A DNA stretch of 64,000 nt from Ascoidea asiatica JCM 7603 (lineage: Eukaryota > Fungi > Ascomycota). How positions within the stretch are numbered: the first letter of the stretch is position 1; the number at the start of each line of letters is the position of its first letter. Location: NCBI GenBank assembly GCA_001600695.1, contig BCKQ01000005.1, positions 237,496 to 301,495 on the forward strand, given 5' to 3'. Positions 33,001 through 44,017 of the stretch are shown here, in pieces. The notes beneath the pieces were generated by a model. It saw only the letters and a program-made list of their open reading frames with translations, had not been told where the DNA came from and ran no database searches. Made by a program: the position numbers and the translations under genes.

Positions 33001-36000
33001 TGAAAGGTTTTGAACTTAAAAGACGTGGAGAGTTGCAGCTAATTAAGAATTATCAGTCTGATATTTTCAAGGTTTTCCTTGATGGAAAAACTTTAGAAGA
33101 ATGTTATGAAGCTGTTGGAGGCATTTCGAATAGATGGTTAGATGTATTGGACTCTAAGGGTAATATGTTAGAAGATGAAGACTTAATAGAATTGATTTCC
33201 GAAAATCGAATGATGAGTAGACCTTTAGCTGATTATAAAGGCCAAAAATCTACTTCCATAACTACTGCTAAGAGGTTAGGAGAATTTCTAGGTTCAGAGA
33301 CTGTCAAGGATGCTGGTTTATCATGTCGGTACATCATCTCTCAAAGACCTTTTGGTGCACCTATAACAGAAAGGGCTATACCAGTGTTAATATTTTCAAC
33401 AGATTTATCTCAAAAACGAGCCTTCTTGAGAAAATGGCTTGCAGATTCCTCCTTGGAAAATTTTGATCCCCGAAATATTATTGATTGGTCTTACTATAGA
33501 GAAAGATTGGCATCTACAATTCAAAAGATTGTTACAATACCTGCTGCTATTCAAGGTGTTTCGAACCCTGTGCCTAGGATTCCTCATCCTGTGTGGCTAC
33601 AAAAAAAAATCAGTTCAAAGAAAGATCTTAAAAAACAGTCCAATCTCAAATCGTTTTTCAAGGCTGAAAAAAAGGTTTCTCCCTTTATGATAGAATCTAT
33701 ACATGATATTGAAGATATCGATAAATCTGAATATAAAGGTAAAATGGCTAAAGTTGTATTCAAAAAGAGAAAGGCAGTTCTGTATCCAGGTGTTGAAGTT
33801 GAGAATGAGAAAATATGCAACCAAATTTGTCCCGATATAGAAGTTGATTATTCAGGATGGTTAAATTTTCAGAAAAATTTATGGTCCAAGGAAAACAAAC
33901 TTACCGAAAGAAGACAGAGACTTTTCGGTAGCACCAAGTATATTTCTAGCAGTGTTAGTAATATTATTGAAAGGCAGTTGGAAGATTATGCGAGTGAAAC
34001 ATGGGAAATATTAGAGTATAAAAAAAGTACGACTCCCGGAGATGTTGATGTATCTTTAATCATGAATAAAAGTGTACATTCTATTAAAATACACGTACCA
34101 AAGACTATATATATTAGCTTGAATTCAAAAGATAATCCAAAAACAAATATCTCAAACTTTAAGTTAGAAAAATCCAGCAAACAACTTCCAAAAGTAAGTG
34201 CTACTCCATCATCCCTTTACGAACTAAGTTTGCCAGAAGCAGATTACATCAAAGAAAAATCAAATCCCGGTGGAATATTCGAACAAAACGTAAATACTAT
34301 TTATGAATCAAGGTTCTCGTCTCAAGAAAAGGTAATTCTCGAGTTGGGAACTTGTTGCAGATTTGATCAATCAAAAATTGGCTCATTGAGTAGAGCTTTA
34401 TCAGATGGGTTTGACTTTGTTAGTCTAAAGCCAATAGATGGTCATAATTATCTATCTGGATTAGCTTTGGATGTTGTTTATTTATTGCATATCATTTCAA
34501 ATCAATATGAAATGTTTGTCCTTTTTAATTGTTCGGAAAATAAAACAGAGGTTTTGGTTGTGAAACCCTCACAAGCATCTCAAAATCTTACCACTAGAAT
34601 GGACAAAGAATACGAAACCTTGTTTATGAATGATTCGGAAGATTTTAAGACTTATTCAGGAATTGTTTCTTACAAAGAGAACATGAACTTCAGCATTTCT
34701 TATTATTCTGATACCACTAAGCTTATGAAAAAAGTTAGTTCGCTCTGCTCCACCATGTATGATGAGAGAGGAAGAAACACACTTTTTGTTCTTCAATCCC
34801 CCTTTCTTGAACTTACTTTGAAAGCTATTAAACCTTTGAGTAATTTTCCTATAATCAAGCTTACAGGTAATGAAATCAAATTATCTGTCTTACAATGGCA
34901 AAGCGCTATCGTGAAAAATATGTTAACTTTATATTTTCAGCTTGGTTCCATTCTTAATAAGCTTATACTGTTATCTAGATATTGCAATGTTCCAGTTTGC
35001 AATATACCCCTATCTGATATCAATTTTTTGATTGATATTGAATACTCTCGAAGATTAGCCAAAGGAAACATAGTGCGTTGGTGGTCGCCAAATTCTACTC
35101 CAGATCATGGTGGCTCCGAAAAGGATGAAATTCTTCCAATTACTGAAACATTTGAGTTCCCGTCAATTAATAGACCAGAAGTATACGAGACGGTATCAAT
35201 GGAAATAAGTATTTCAAATTTAATTGTCAACACATTATTATCATCAAATTTAGTTAATGAAGCTGAAGCTTCTGATCTAGTTGGCTCGGATTCTAATTCA
35301 AAAAATGTATTTCAATCAAATTCAATTTTAGCAGAAGACTTGTTTTCTAGTAAAGCTTTGATTTTATTGAAAGATATGGTTAAAAATTGGTGGGATGATG
35401 CCCTTAAAGGAGATAGTAATGCTGATTTAATGATTCATAGTCTTGTTTATTGGATTCAAACATCCAGATCGAACCTCTACGATCCCATATTACACTATCA
35501 TGTTGAAAATTTATCTAAAAAAGTATTTTTACAATTAGTTAGAGAGTTTCAAAAAATTGGAACTATTGTATTATATGCTGATCGAGGGAAAATTATTCTT
35601 AATACATCTAAACTTTCTTTAAGTAATACTTTTGCGTTCTCACAGTATATTGTCAAGGCTACTAGAGCCAAACCTCTTTTTCATTTTCTTGAATTAGACA
35701 TTGTGAAATATTGGGATATTTTAATATGGATGGATCGATATAATTTTTGTGGGAATTTTTGTGATAGTATACTAACAGAAGCAAAAATTGAGCCTGAGAC
35801 TTTACATGTAATTAATTGGCAGTTGAAAAGATTCCTCCCCGAAATCTTACAAGATGAACTAGATGATTGGATAGAAATATTCTTGGAATTATTAGATAGA
35901 AAAAAAAAAAAACAGTCTCGAGTGAATTCAATAAAATATCTTAATACATGGGGGCGAAATGAGCAAGTAGAGGAAGATACCGAAGAAAAGTTGTTCGATT

Positions 36001-36647
36001 CGATTAGAGTTCCGTTGCTTGAACGAATAGCATCATTACAAAGAAATCAGAATGAAGCTATGATGAATCAAAATACAAGGAGTGATTATGAATTACCAAA
36101 ATTTCCTTTATCTATTGATCGAGCTCAAGATGCAGTGTTGATATTGGTTAAGTACATTTGTGCTATTTTTGCATTATCTAAGAAAAGAAATTTAGAAATA
36201 CGCTTATTAAGAAGAGATTTATTAGCAATTTTTGATGTTGGAGAATTTAATGAGATTGGTATATTCAAGAATCCTAGCATTCCTGTTAAAATTTCAAGTA
36301 TATTATGCCAAAGTTGCAACTCAATCAAAGATATTGATTTCAGTCGAGATGAAGAGAAAAATATCTGGAATTGTGAAAACTGCAAAGAAAAATTCAATAA
36401 GATCTCAATTGAAGAAAAGTTAATTGAGATTCTTAATAAAAGAATAACCACATATTGCACTCAGGATTTAAAATGTGAGAACTGCAAAACAATCAGAAAT
36501 GATCCTTTATCGAAGTATTGTATTTGCTCTGGAAAATGGACTTATACATTAGATAGAAAGGGAATAATGAGGCAAATAAAATTATTAGATACAATTGCAA
36601 AACACTATAATTTTAGAATATTGGATGAATGTATAGCTGGTATGTAA
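30096..36647 (+). CDS. POL2: DNA polymerase epsilon catalytic subunit
   Basis: Exonuclease YDIETTK, polymerase DVASMYPNIM and ELDTDGIW, and C-terminal Cys clusters; 2183 aa. Confidence 0.99.
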   Translation: MAKRSKFEKSKYGNSNDNNFFSKNENALNKKLIKLDQSKKIDEIDSLMGFDRFETGPKKSGWLVNIHPSTIYNESDSRLLGNAAVDLYFLDKEGGTFKATIQYDPYFLLSCTNIDYQNEIEEYLTRKLDGLVKGIKGLTKEDLSQTNHLLGLKQNYLKIFFHNITDLFEARRIINQIIDLNKKNNEMKNIYESLLDLDNFNDNKINELENDERTNPSRFISDIREYDVPFHVRVAIDKNIRVGKWYSVDPNGDSENNIVLEELDIVAPADPVILAYDIETTKAPLKFPDSSIDQIMMISYMIDGEGFLITNREIISKDIDNFEYTPRSEYKGLFEIYNAENEEDLIKYFFDHIKESKPTVIATFNGDFFDWPFVEARAEYHNISMFDEIGFKKDSEGEYKSAYCAHMDCYRWVRRDSYLPQGSQGLKAVTLAKLGYNPLELDPELMTPYAIEKPQVLAEYSVSDAVATYYLYYKYVHPFIFSLATIIPLNPDEVLRKGTGTLCEMLLMVQAYSHNIVFPNKHKDTLEKFFDGHLLESETYVGGHVESLETGVFRSDLKSTFTIDPSVVDEFLDDLSEIIKFSVQDENKKSMEDVLNYEEVYDQIKSQLLDFQSKPKLNENPLIYHVDVASMYPNIMISNRLQPDSIKTEKDCALCEFNTIDKQCDRRLTWAWRGEFYPAKMDEYNMIKRALQNETFQVSKSNFDETKVEKDFGNLSYSDQMSFIKKNLNSYSRKVYHRTVVTETKNKEAIVCQRENPFYIDTVRSFRDRRYTYKGKAKEWKKKVSQINSEDHHTLEEAKKMVITYDSLQLAHKVILNSFYGYVMRRGSRWYSMEMAGITCLTGATIIQMARAMVERFGRPLELDTDGIWCIIPSSFPDEFTIKLKKGKITLNFLCTMLNYLVHKKFTNDQYHELIDAKHFEYSVHKENSIYFELDGPYKAMVLPTSKEEGKGIKKRYAVFNDDGSLSELKGFELKRRGELQLIKNYQSDIFKVFLDGKTLEECYEAVGGISNRWLDVLDSKGNMLEDEDLIELISENRMMSRPLADYKGQKSTSITTAKRLGEFLGSETVKDAGLSCRYIISQRPFGAPITERAIPVLIFSTDLSQKRAFLRKWLADSSLENFDPRNIIDWSYYRERLASTIQKIVTIPAAIQGVSNPVPRIPHPVWLQKKISSKKDLKKQSNLKSFFKAEKKVSPFMIESIHDIEDIDKSEYKGKMAKVVFKKRKAVLYPGVEVENEKICNQICPDIEVDYSGWLNFQKNLWSKENKLTERRQRLFGSTKYISSSVSNIIERQLEDYASETWEILEYKKSTTPGDVDVSLIMNKSVHSIKIHVPKTIYISLNSKDNPKTNISNFKLEKSSKQLPKVSATPSSLYELSLPEADYIKEKSNPGGIFEQNVNTIYESRFSSQEKVILELGTCCRFDQSKIGSLSRALSDGFDFVSLKPIDGHNYLSGLALDVVYLLHIISNQYEMFVLFNCSENKTEVLVVKPSQASQNLTTRMDKEYETLFMNDSEDFKTYSGIVSYKENMNFSISYYSDTTKLMKKVSSLCSTMYDERGRNTLFVLQSPFLELTLKAIKPLSNFPIIKLTGNEIKLSVLQWQSAIVKNMLTLYFQLGSILNKLILLSRYCNVPVCNIPLSDINFLIDIEYSRRLAKGNIVRWWSPNSTPDHGGSEKDEILPITETFEFPSINRPEVYETVSMEISISNLIVNTLLSSNLVNEAEASDLVGSDSNSKNVFQSNSILAEDLFSSKALILLKDMVKNWWDDALKGDSNADLMIHSLVYWIQTSRSNLYDPILHYHVENLSKKVFLQLVREFQKIGTIVLYADRGKIILNTSKLSLSNTFAFSQYIVKATRAKPLFHFLELDIVKYWDILIWMDRYNFCGNFCDSILTEAKIEPETLHVINWQLKRFLPEILQDELDDWIEIFLELLDRKKKKQSRVNSIKYLNTWGRNEQVEEDTEEKLFDSIRVPLLERIASLQRNQNEAMMNQNTRSDYELPKFPLSIDRAQDAVLILVKYICAIFALSKKRNLEIRLLRRDLLAIFDVGEFNEIGIFKNPSIPVKISSILCQSCNSIKDIDFSRDEEKNIWNCENCKEKFNKISIEEKLIEILNKRITTYCTQDLKCENCKTIRNDPLSKYCICSGKWTYTLDRKGIMRQIKLLDTIAKHYNFRILDECIAGM

Positions 36648-36679
36648 TTATATATACTAATATTAATAGTAACTTTAAT

Positions 36680-37519
36680 CTATTCGATTCTAAACTTAGG
36701 TTTTGATTTTCTGGGATTTAATTTTTGACTTATGACTATTTTCCCTTTATTTTTTTTTTTAAAATTAGTTTTCTCTTTACTTTTAATTATTTTTGTTCTA
36801 TCCTTTGTATTTGAATTAGTTGAGACCATAATTTTTAGAGGTTTTTTTCTTGGAACAAATTGGGTTCTTAATCTTGTTTTCTTTTTCACTAAAGTTTCTC
36901 TGTACTTGATTCTCTTTTTCATACCTGGTTTCCCTCTTTTGGATTTACTGATTTTGTCCAATTCTAATTGAACCTTTCTATTATGCTGGCATAAATCTAT
37001 TAACCTATAAAGAGGGTTTGGGCTTCTAAGTAAATTTATCTGCTTATAGATGTCATCCCCAGAAACAGCCACTTGGGCAAATTCAGATTTTTGTATATCT
37101 GAATAATTTGAAAAGTAATAAGAATCGGGCCTTTTTTGGTTCCTAGAAATCTCATCAAAATTCAAATCGGATTGTTTTAAATTGATTTTAATGAAGTTAT
37201 TCTCTTGTTTATTAGTATCCTGATTGGAAGAAAATAATGGGAAAAAATACTCTTCATCTTCACTCTCAGCTTCTTTAATTACATTATTATGTTGAATTTC
37301 TTGATCTTCTTTATTATTTGGGTCAATCATCTCAAAATCTAATTGCATCAATTGGCCATTACTCTCAGAATCTGAATCTATGTTTGGATCAGAATTGGAA
37401 TCTGATTCATATAAAGTTTTTCGCGAAACACTTCATTAAGCAATGTTAGTTTAATTGAATTATCTTCTAAGGATTCAAAATTGAATATTTTCATACATTT
37501 TAAATTTTTCGCTTGTCAT
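36680..37519 (-). CDS. DUF2011-family protein (YKL063C-like), 257 aa, two exons (37519-37497, 37430-36680)
   Basis: EYFFPLFS and RPDSYYF..Y...KSEFAQVAVS motifs with a basic C-terminus. The intron GTATGA(37496)..AACTAAC(37451-37445)..AAG(37431) joins MTSEKFK to IVSRKTLYESD in frame. Confidence 0.75.
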
Positions 37520-38149
37520 ACTAAAAGTTGTTTTTGAGCTGATTACATTATTTCATTTTTTTTACAAAACTTAGAATTTGAATTAAACTGATCAATTAAG
37601 TACCAGTAACAGATGTTTTTTGTTCAAACGAAAAAAAACTATTAAAACAAATTCACAGATAAACTAACAAGAACTAAGTAAGTTACCCTCTTTGAACTTT
37701 CAAGGAAGTGAAAAAAGGCCTGGAAAGAACCTTATTTTTGATAAAAACTTCTGCGAGCTTTGAATTTATTTGCAAACGATACTACTTACATATTTTATTA
37801 ATAGTTAGTTTACTCATCTCTACTTCATTAGATTTTTGCTTGATTGATTCGATTTTGTTAGGTATGAAATATCAATAAGTTCCTTCTCTAAATCAAAAAA
37901 AAAAAATAAATTGAAAAAGAATTTGACAATTGAATATTTATTGTAGTACTTGTTAATAGTCAGAAAAAAAAGAAACTAATTACCAAGATGACATTAACTT
38001 TATTTAAAAATATTATTCCATGACTATATGGTTAGAAAGATTAATAACTTGATAATTTATGTAATTCGATATAAGTAAAAACTCCTTTGATTAATATTTC
38101 CTATTTGAAGTTATAACAATGAATTATAATATAAATTTGAGAATAATAA

Positions 38150-38815
38150 TTACCTATAAGGAGCATCGGCATCTAAACAATATTGAATTTCTTGTTCCCA
38201 TTTATCACCATTAGCCAATAATTTTTCTTTATTATATAGTAATTCTTCTCTTGTAGCAGTTGCATATTCAGTATTTGGAGTTTCCACTATAGCATCTACA
38301 GGACAACTTTCTTGGCAATAACCACAGTAAATACATTTAGTCATATCGATATCATATTTATATGTTCTTCTAGACCCATCAGCTCTTTCTTCGGCTTCAA
38401 TTGTAATTGCTTGAGCGGGACAAATAGCTTCACATAATTTACAAGCAATACATCTTTCTTCACCAGTTGGATATCTTCTTAAAGCATGCTCACCTCTAAA
38501 CCTTGGTGACATTGGCCCTTTTTCGAATGGATAATAAATGGTATATGGAGCTCTGAAATACATTTCTAAACAGATATACATTCCTCTAAACATTTCAGCT
38601 AATAAAAAGTATTTTGTTGCTTTATCTAGAGCAGATTCAGAACCTTCTTCCCATGTTTTTGGTCTAGAAATTCTAAAATCTGGAGGTATTGATTCTTCTT
38701 GAGGACCTGCTGTTAATGATATTGGAGCTCTTTTAATGATTGAAGTTGAAAATTGACGTTTAGCCAAATTTATTCCAACAGAACCATAGCGAGATATCAA
38801 AGACCTATGAAACAT
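38150..38815 (-). CDS. NUIM: Complex I core Fe-S subunit TYKY/NUIM (NDUFS8)
   Basis: [12 protein letters not shown] and [12 protein letters not shown] 2x[4Fe-4S] motifs; ATG at 38815. Confidence 0.97.
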   Translation of the reverse strand: MFHRSLISRYGSVGINLAKRQFSTSIIKRAPISLTAGPQEESIPPDFRISRPKTWEEGSESALDKATKYFLLAEMFRGMYICLEMYFRAPYTIYYPFEKGPMSPRFRGEHALRRYPTGEERCIACKLCEAICPAQAITIEAEERADGSRRTYKYDIDMTKCIYCGYCQESCPVDAIVETPNTEYATATREELLYNKEKLLANGDKWEQEIQYCLDADAPYR

Positions 38816-39042
38816 TATGTAAATATGTATGTTAATTGTTAGACAAACCAATTGAACTTTTTTCTTATGTCTACTTAAAACTTTGAATAATAGAATATAA
38901 GTGGTAAAGTGATCTTTTCTTAATCAAAAGCTCATATTATTTTTTTTTGTTATTATCTTCATAATTAAATTGCCAATGGCAGTCGACAAGTAAACTTCAC
39001 TGTGTATGCTAAGATGTAGTAATGATTATTTCTATTCCATTG

Positions 39043-39047
39043 ATTGG
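39043..39047 (-). promoter_or_regulatory. CCAAT box (Hap2/3/5) upstream of NUIM
   Basis: TGATTGGCTA context. Similar CCAAT boxes occur at 15691 (NB5M), 18834 (CIR1), and 27670 and 27835 (SDH3). Confidence 0.55.
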
Positions 39048-39119
39048 CTATGGAGTGCGTAGTCCTTGAAAGTCATGTGAAACCCTAAATCTCAACCCCC
39101 AAAAAAAAACATTTATGGA

Positions 39120-39127
39120 TTACCCGG
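39120..39127 (+). promoter_or_regulatory. Reb1-type site
   Basis: Exact TTACCCGG. A second site, CCGGGTAA, is at 39838-39845 near RPN10, and TTACCCG is at 52826 upstream of CMK. Confidence 0.55.
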
Positions 39128-39913
39128 TTTTAAATAATAAAGCTTTCAAAATTACAAAAACAAAACTATTTAAGGACTTTTTTTTGTTTTCATTAATTCT
39201 AGAATGATGGTGTTAATTTGATATCAAAGCATAATGATAATTGATATGATTATTTTTCAAGCAGGGAAAGAGGACATTGCAATACTATCGAATTAATATA
39301 TAATGATGGATCAACATTGTATATTATTTGTTGAACAATTATATTTAATGTTTATCTCTTTGTTTCAGTTAATAAATTCCTGTTTTTGGTTCTTTCATTT
39401 TTTAAAGGCCTCCTCGAAGATCCTTATAACCTTTTAAAATTCATGGTATAACGATTCAAAACGAAGGCTAAATCAAATTTTCAATCATAGGTTTCAAACT
39501 ACTACTCATAGATTTTACTCTTTAGTTTTTGAGATAGGATACCTTTGATATATTCTGGTTTCTGATTAACTATTGTATTTCTGTTTTTTTATTTTCATTC
39601 TTTTTTGACATTTGATAGCGCAATTTATTGTTTTTACTTTTTTAGAGTAAGTTGAAAAAGGAGCCATTTTACTGTGCCTTTATTGTTGATATTTAGTTAA
39701 CTTTTTCTTGATTTGTAATTCTGTTGGAAAGCATTTATTAATTTTTAAATAAAACCAAGGCAACATGGGCTTTTTATTGTTTTGGATCGAAGATTACTGT
39801 AGTACAGTTACACTCTTATCAAAAACAAACAGAAAGACCGGGTAATGATATTATATCTGTAATAATGGAAGTTTGTACTGGAGGTTTATATGTTAAATCA
39901 ATTTCAATAATCG

Positions 39914-39922
39914 ATTGCCACT
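39914..39922 (-). promoter_or_regulatory. PACE-like (Rpn4) element upstream of RPN10
   Basis: AGTGGCAAT on the minus strand, ~140 bp upstream of a proteasome gene. Confidence 0.55.
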
Positions 39923-40057
39923 TTACAAGTAAGAGATCTATATCCTTTTCATTACAATTGATTCACTTTTAATTCTTAGCAATTTATTACTTTCGAATAA
40001 TAGTTTGTATCGTTTCCTGTTTATTTTCTCCTTTGATTAAAAAATCTCTTTTAAAAA

Positions 40058-40953
40058 ATGGTTCTCGAAGCTACTATGATAGTGTATGTATTTAAGTATA
40101 TTCTATTCAGTTATTTTTTTTCATATTTTTGATGTTCAACTATCGAATTACTGAAAGATATTAAGCTTTTTGTATAAATTATACTAACTAAAGTTCATAT
40201 AGTATTGATAATTCAGAATATATGAGAAATGGTGATTACTTAACAACTAGATTTGAGGCTCAACTAGATACAGTTGATTTAATATTCCGTGCGAAAGTGG
40301 ATTCAAATCCAGAAAGTACCGTTGGTATATTAGCTATGGGTGGAGAAGGTTCACAGGTTTTAAGTACTTTAACTAATGATTTAGGTAAAATACGTGCTGG
40401 AATTCACGAAACAAAAATTCATGGATTTGCTCATTTAACAACAGGTATTCAAGTTGCCGCTCTTGCTTTAAAACATCGTGAAAATAAATCACAACAACAA
40501 AGGGTAGTTATTTTTGTTGGAAGTCCAATACTAGAAACCCAAAAAGAATTAGATAGACTAGCAAAAAAAATGAAGAAAAATAATATCGCCATAGATTGTA
40601 TAAATTTTGGTGAAGAATCGATCAATACACAAAAATTAGAAAAATTCATTTCAATTGTTAATAATCATGATAATAGTCATCTTGTTACAGTGCCTGCCGG
40701 TCCAAATTTATTGTCTGACGCTATAAGACTATCTCCTATAATTTCCGAAGATGCTGCCACTTATGGAGCAGGTGGCGATGATTTCCTTGATTTTGGTGAT
40801 AGTGGTATGGATCCTGAATTAGAATTAGCTTTACGCTTATCTTTAGAAGATGAAAAAGCGAGACAAGAAAGAGCTTCCACTCAAAAAACAACTTCTACTT
40901 CTCTTGAAAAAATTGATGAAGATAAAAATGAAGGACCAAGTGAATCAAAATAA
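40058..40953 (+). CDS. RPN10: 26S proteasome ubiquitin receptor Rpn10, 258 aa, two exons (40058-40083, 40203-40953)
   Basis: The intron GTATGT(40084)..TACTAAC(40182)..TAG(40202) gives MVLEATMIVIDNSEYMRNGD. vWA domain and UIM DPELELALRLSL. Confidence 0.96.
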
Positions 40954-41149
40954 GTTTCTTTTAATGATAATTCTCGAATTGTCTTACTTAAGTTAATTTT
41001 TTTTTCAAAAGATTTGTTTTAATTTAAAGCTGGATTTTATAAGAAAAAACGAATAAATCTACTGCAATTACACATTATAAAATTAAAATTCTCAATAAAA
41101 ATAAGGAAAAAAATTTGAAAATTCACGTATATATAACATCAATATAAAT

Positions 41150-43210
41150 TCAAGAAGTTACTTCCATGTTACTATAGAACTGTTTAACTTCCTCACTAGC
41201 AACAATTTTACGCGGGTCGAAATTTAAAATCTGTAATGTATTACTTGAAACGGCTCTTGATAAAGCAACATAAACTTGCCCTTTTTCAAAAATTTTATTT
41301 AAATCTACCTTAAGTCTGCTTAAGGTTTGCCCTTGTGCTTTATGAATTGATATAGCCCATGACAATAATAACGGAAGCTGACTTCTTGTTAATGTAGTTT
41401 TAGGATTCTGGAATTCGACACTGAATTCATCTCGCTCCACCAAAAGAGTTTTCCCAGGAAATCTTACTACTGGGAGCATTAGTGAAACGGTTTCCTTAAT
41501 AGCAACGTCAATTAAACCAAGTAATACTGATTTTATTCTCCCCAATTTTTCATTTGAAATCATTAATTCACTACGAATGTTAGAATCCGGTGGATTTGAA
41601 ATACACTTACTAATTAGCTTTAGAAATTTTGTCTGCTCTTCAGAAATATCTCCTCCAGAGAAAAATCCATTTTCATCAAGTAAAGTGAATAGTCTTTCTG
41701 TTAAAAAACAAACGACAATCCCCAATGATCCATTAACTATACCATCTTCTTTATTTTTGAGCATCATTACCTGAGCATCTTCTTTCAAAACTAAAGATTT
41801 TACAGCCATAACATTTTCAAGAGAAGGCCTTAGTTTCTCAAATCTATGATCAACAACATCTATAGCATTGAAAACCATCGGCTTTCCAGGCAATCTTTCA
41901 AGTCTTTGCTTGTTTGATCTTTCAACTTCGGCTCTTGTTGGAAATAACTCGGTAGGTTCAATTCCATCCTCATAATGAACAGTCCTTGACAAATCTCTGA
42001 ATTTTTTCTCTAAATGTGAATTCGTTGAACCTAGCCTAAGACAATTTAACATTCCAATTAACTCACTATCTCCTTGTTGCCTGAAAATTTTGTTTAACAA
42101 AATAGTTTTGTTAATTACATTTTTCCAGTCTGGGGTCTGAAAACAATAAAGAGTTTTTGCTTTTGAAAATCTATCAGGGACTGGAGGTAATTGGAAAAAG
42201 TCACCCGTTAAAACAAGTTGAATTCCTCCAAAAGGAGCATTTTTTTTTGTTATCATTCTTGCAATTTGACATAGTTTAGAAAACAAAGCACCGTCAATCA
42301 TAGAAACTTCGTCAATGATTAATACTTTCGTATTTATCCATCTTTGTTTTGCAGCAATATTTTTATTGATTCTAGAATATAAAAAGGAAGCATTTTCTTT
42401 GCCAAGACCTATACCAGAGAATCTATGTAAAGTTTGACCTCCTATATTAAGTGCAGCTAAACCAGTAGAAGCACAAACTCCTACCCGTTTTTCACCATAC
42501 TTGGTTATCAACTTATTGATTATCTCTTTCAAAAGCACGGATTTTCCAGTACCAGCAGATCCAGTATAAAAAACATTAAAACCATCCATAACATATTGCA
42601 TAACTTTTCTTTGCTCGGTACTCAATGCAATTTTTAAATCAGATTTATTTCTTGAAGAAGTAGTAAAATCATCGGTTGTCCTAACTTGTTTAGTGATCTT
42701 AGCCTTCTTTATAGGTAATAAAGAATTGATTGTATATATATCAGGCTGACGCCTTTTATTTCTGTTAAGTAATTGTTCTGTTGTAATCTGTTCTGTGGGT
42801 ATAAAAGTCTTTATTCGGGCTTCAGTAGTTTTCTGATTATAAGCATTTTGCAGTTCTGGTTTTGATAAAATCACCTTTGAAGTTTGAATTATTTTTTTAG
42901 GAACTTGTAATTTGGATATGTCAAAACTACGTGCAAATGAATTCGGATTTCTAAGATTATTCATTTTACTAGAAGATACAAACATTAGATCATCATCATC
43001 ATCATCATCTGCATTGCCTTCGCTAAAAGAGTCATCCAGATCAAGACTAATTACATTATCATGCGAAGCAAAACTTGATTTAGCACTTATTTCAGAAGAA
43101 ACCCCGGAGGAGTTATCTTTTGATTTAGATTGACTTAAAAGTGATGTAATATCCTTTAGATTACTGGATTTCAAAGCCTTACCATGAGAAGTTATTAATT
43201 CAAACACCAT
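41150..43210 (-). CDS. RRM3: Pif1-family 5'-3' DNA helicase, Rrm3-type
   Basis: FYTGSAGTGKS, IIDEVSM, GDFFQLPPV, LKEDAQVMMLKN and IHKAQGQT motifs; the protein ends right after the helicase core, as Rrm3 does. Confidence 0.85.
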   Translation of the reverse strand: MVFELITSHGKALKSSNLKDITSLLSQSKSKDNSSGVSSEISAKSSFASHDNVISLDLDDSFSEGNADDDDDDDLMFVSSSKMNNLRNPNSFARSFDISKLQVPKKIIQTSKVILSKPELQNAYNQKTTEARIKTFIPTEQITTEQLLNRNKRRQPDIYTINSLLPIKKAKITKQVRTTDDFTTSSRNKSDLKIALSTEQRKVMQYVMDGFNVFYTGSAGTGKSVLLKEIINKLITKYGEKRVGVCASTGLAALNIGGQTLHRFSGIGLGKENASFLYSRINKNIAAKQRWINTKVLIIDEVSMIDGALFSKLCQIARMITKKNAPFGGIQLVLTGDFFQLPPVPDRFSKAKTLYCFQTPDWKNVINKTILLNKIFRQQGDSELIGMLNCLRLGSTNSHLEKKFRDLSRTVHYEDGIEPTELFPTRAEVERSNKQRLERLPGKPMVFNAIDVVDHRFEKLRPSLENVMAVKSLVLKEDAQVMMLKNKEDGIVNGSLGIVVCFLTERLFTLLDENGFFSGGDISEEQTKFLKLISKCISNPPDSNIRSELMISNEKLGRIKSVLLGLIDVAIKETVSLMLPVVRFPGKTLLVERDEFSVEFQNPKTTLTRSQLPLLLSWAISIHKAQGQTLSRLKVDLNKIFEKGQVYVALSRAVSSNTLQILNFDPRKIVASEEVKQFYSNMEVTS

Positions 43211-43530
43211 AGCCTGAAAAATTGGTCATAGAAAGATTTGAATTATCAGTAACAGTAAAATTTGATATTGAATGATAAATTGAAATAACTTATATATTTA
43301 AAAACCTAATAGTAGAATAAAATAAAAAATTATTTTTTTACCAATTCAAGTATAGTTTAAAAAATACTTATTGCTTATTCAATAAGTATTATTACCTATT
43401 CAAATAAACATTTGTTGTTAAAGAACCATGGAGTTCAAGACAACCAGCGTACTTTAAAATTAGATTTTCATCTTTATTTGATTTTCCTATTTACTTTTGA
43501 TTTATCAAAGCAAAACAAAGTTAAAAAAAA

Positions 43531-43553
43531 CACGAAAAGTGCAAAAAACGCGA
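43531..43553. promoter_or_regulatory. SCB/MCB-like elements upstream of RRM3
   Basis: CACGAAAA 43531-43538 and ACGCGA 43548-43553. Confidence 0.45.
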
Positions 43554-44017
43554 ATAAAGTGAAAGCCACTTTTGTGGCTAGTTTATTACAAAAGAAATCT
43601 CAGTTCTCGCTTTTGCACATAGATATTTTATTTTTACTATCGGTGTTTTCATCACACAAGAGTTAGTTATTCAACAAATTTTCTTTTAATCTAAATGCCA
43701 CAGAGAATAAAACACTGTATTTTTGATTAGGAGAACGTGTTGATTTTTTTTTGATGTTTCTGGTGTTTGAACTGAACAGCCGAGAGATACCGCCTGTATC
43801 TTGTTAGCAGCTTAGATTATATTCTCTCATAGAGTCACAAAGTATTATATGGAATTTTTGGGAGTTACTTTTTTTTATTCACAAAAACTACCTTGAAATA
43901 TTAATTAATTCACTAATTAACTAATTAATTTTAATTAACTAACATTGAAGAATTGAATTTTATTATAGCTACATATTTCAAAAAATACTTTTATGTTGCT
44001 ATTGCTTATATCATCAA

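Noticed and set aside
43214-43395. Possible intron just upstream of the RRM3 ATG (TACTGAT...TTTTTCAG)
   Set aside because: The acceptor side is plausible and could explain the lack of an obvious PIP box, but I found no convincing donor or coding first exon.
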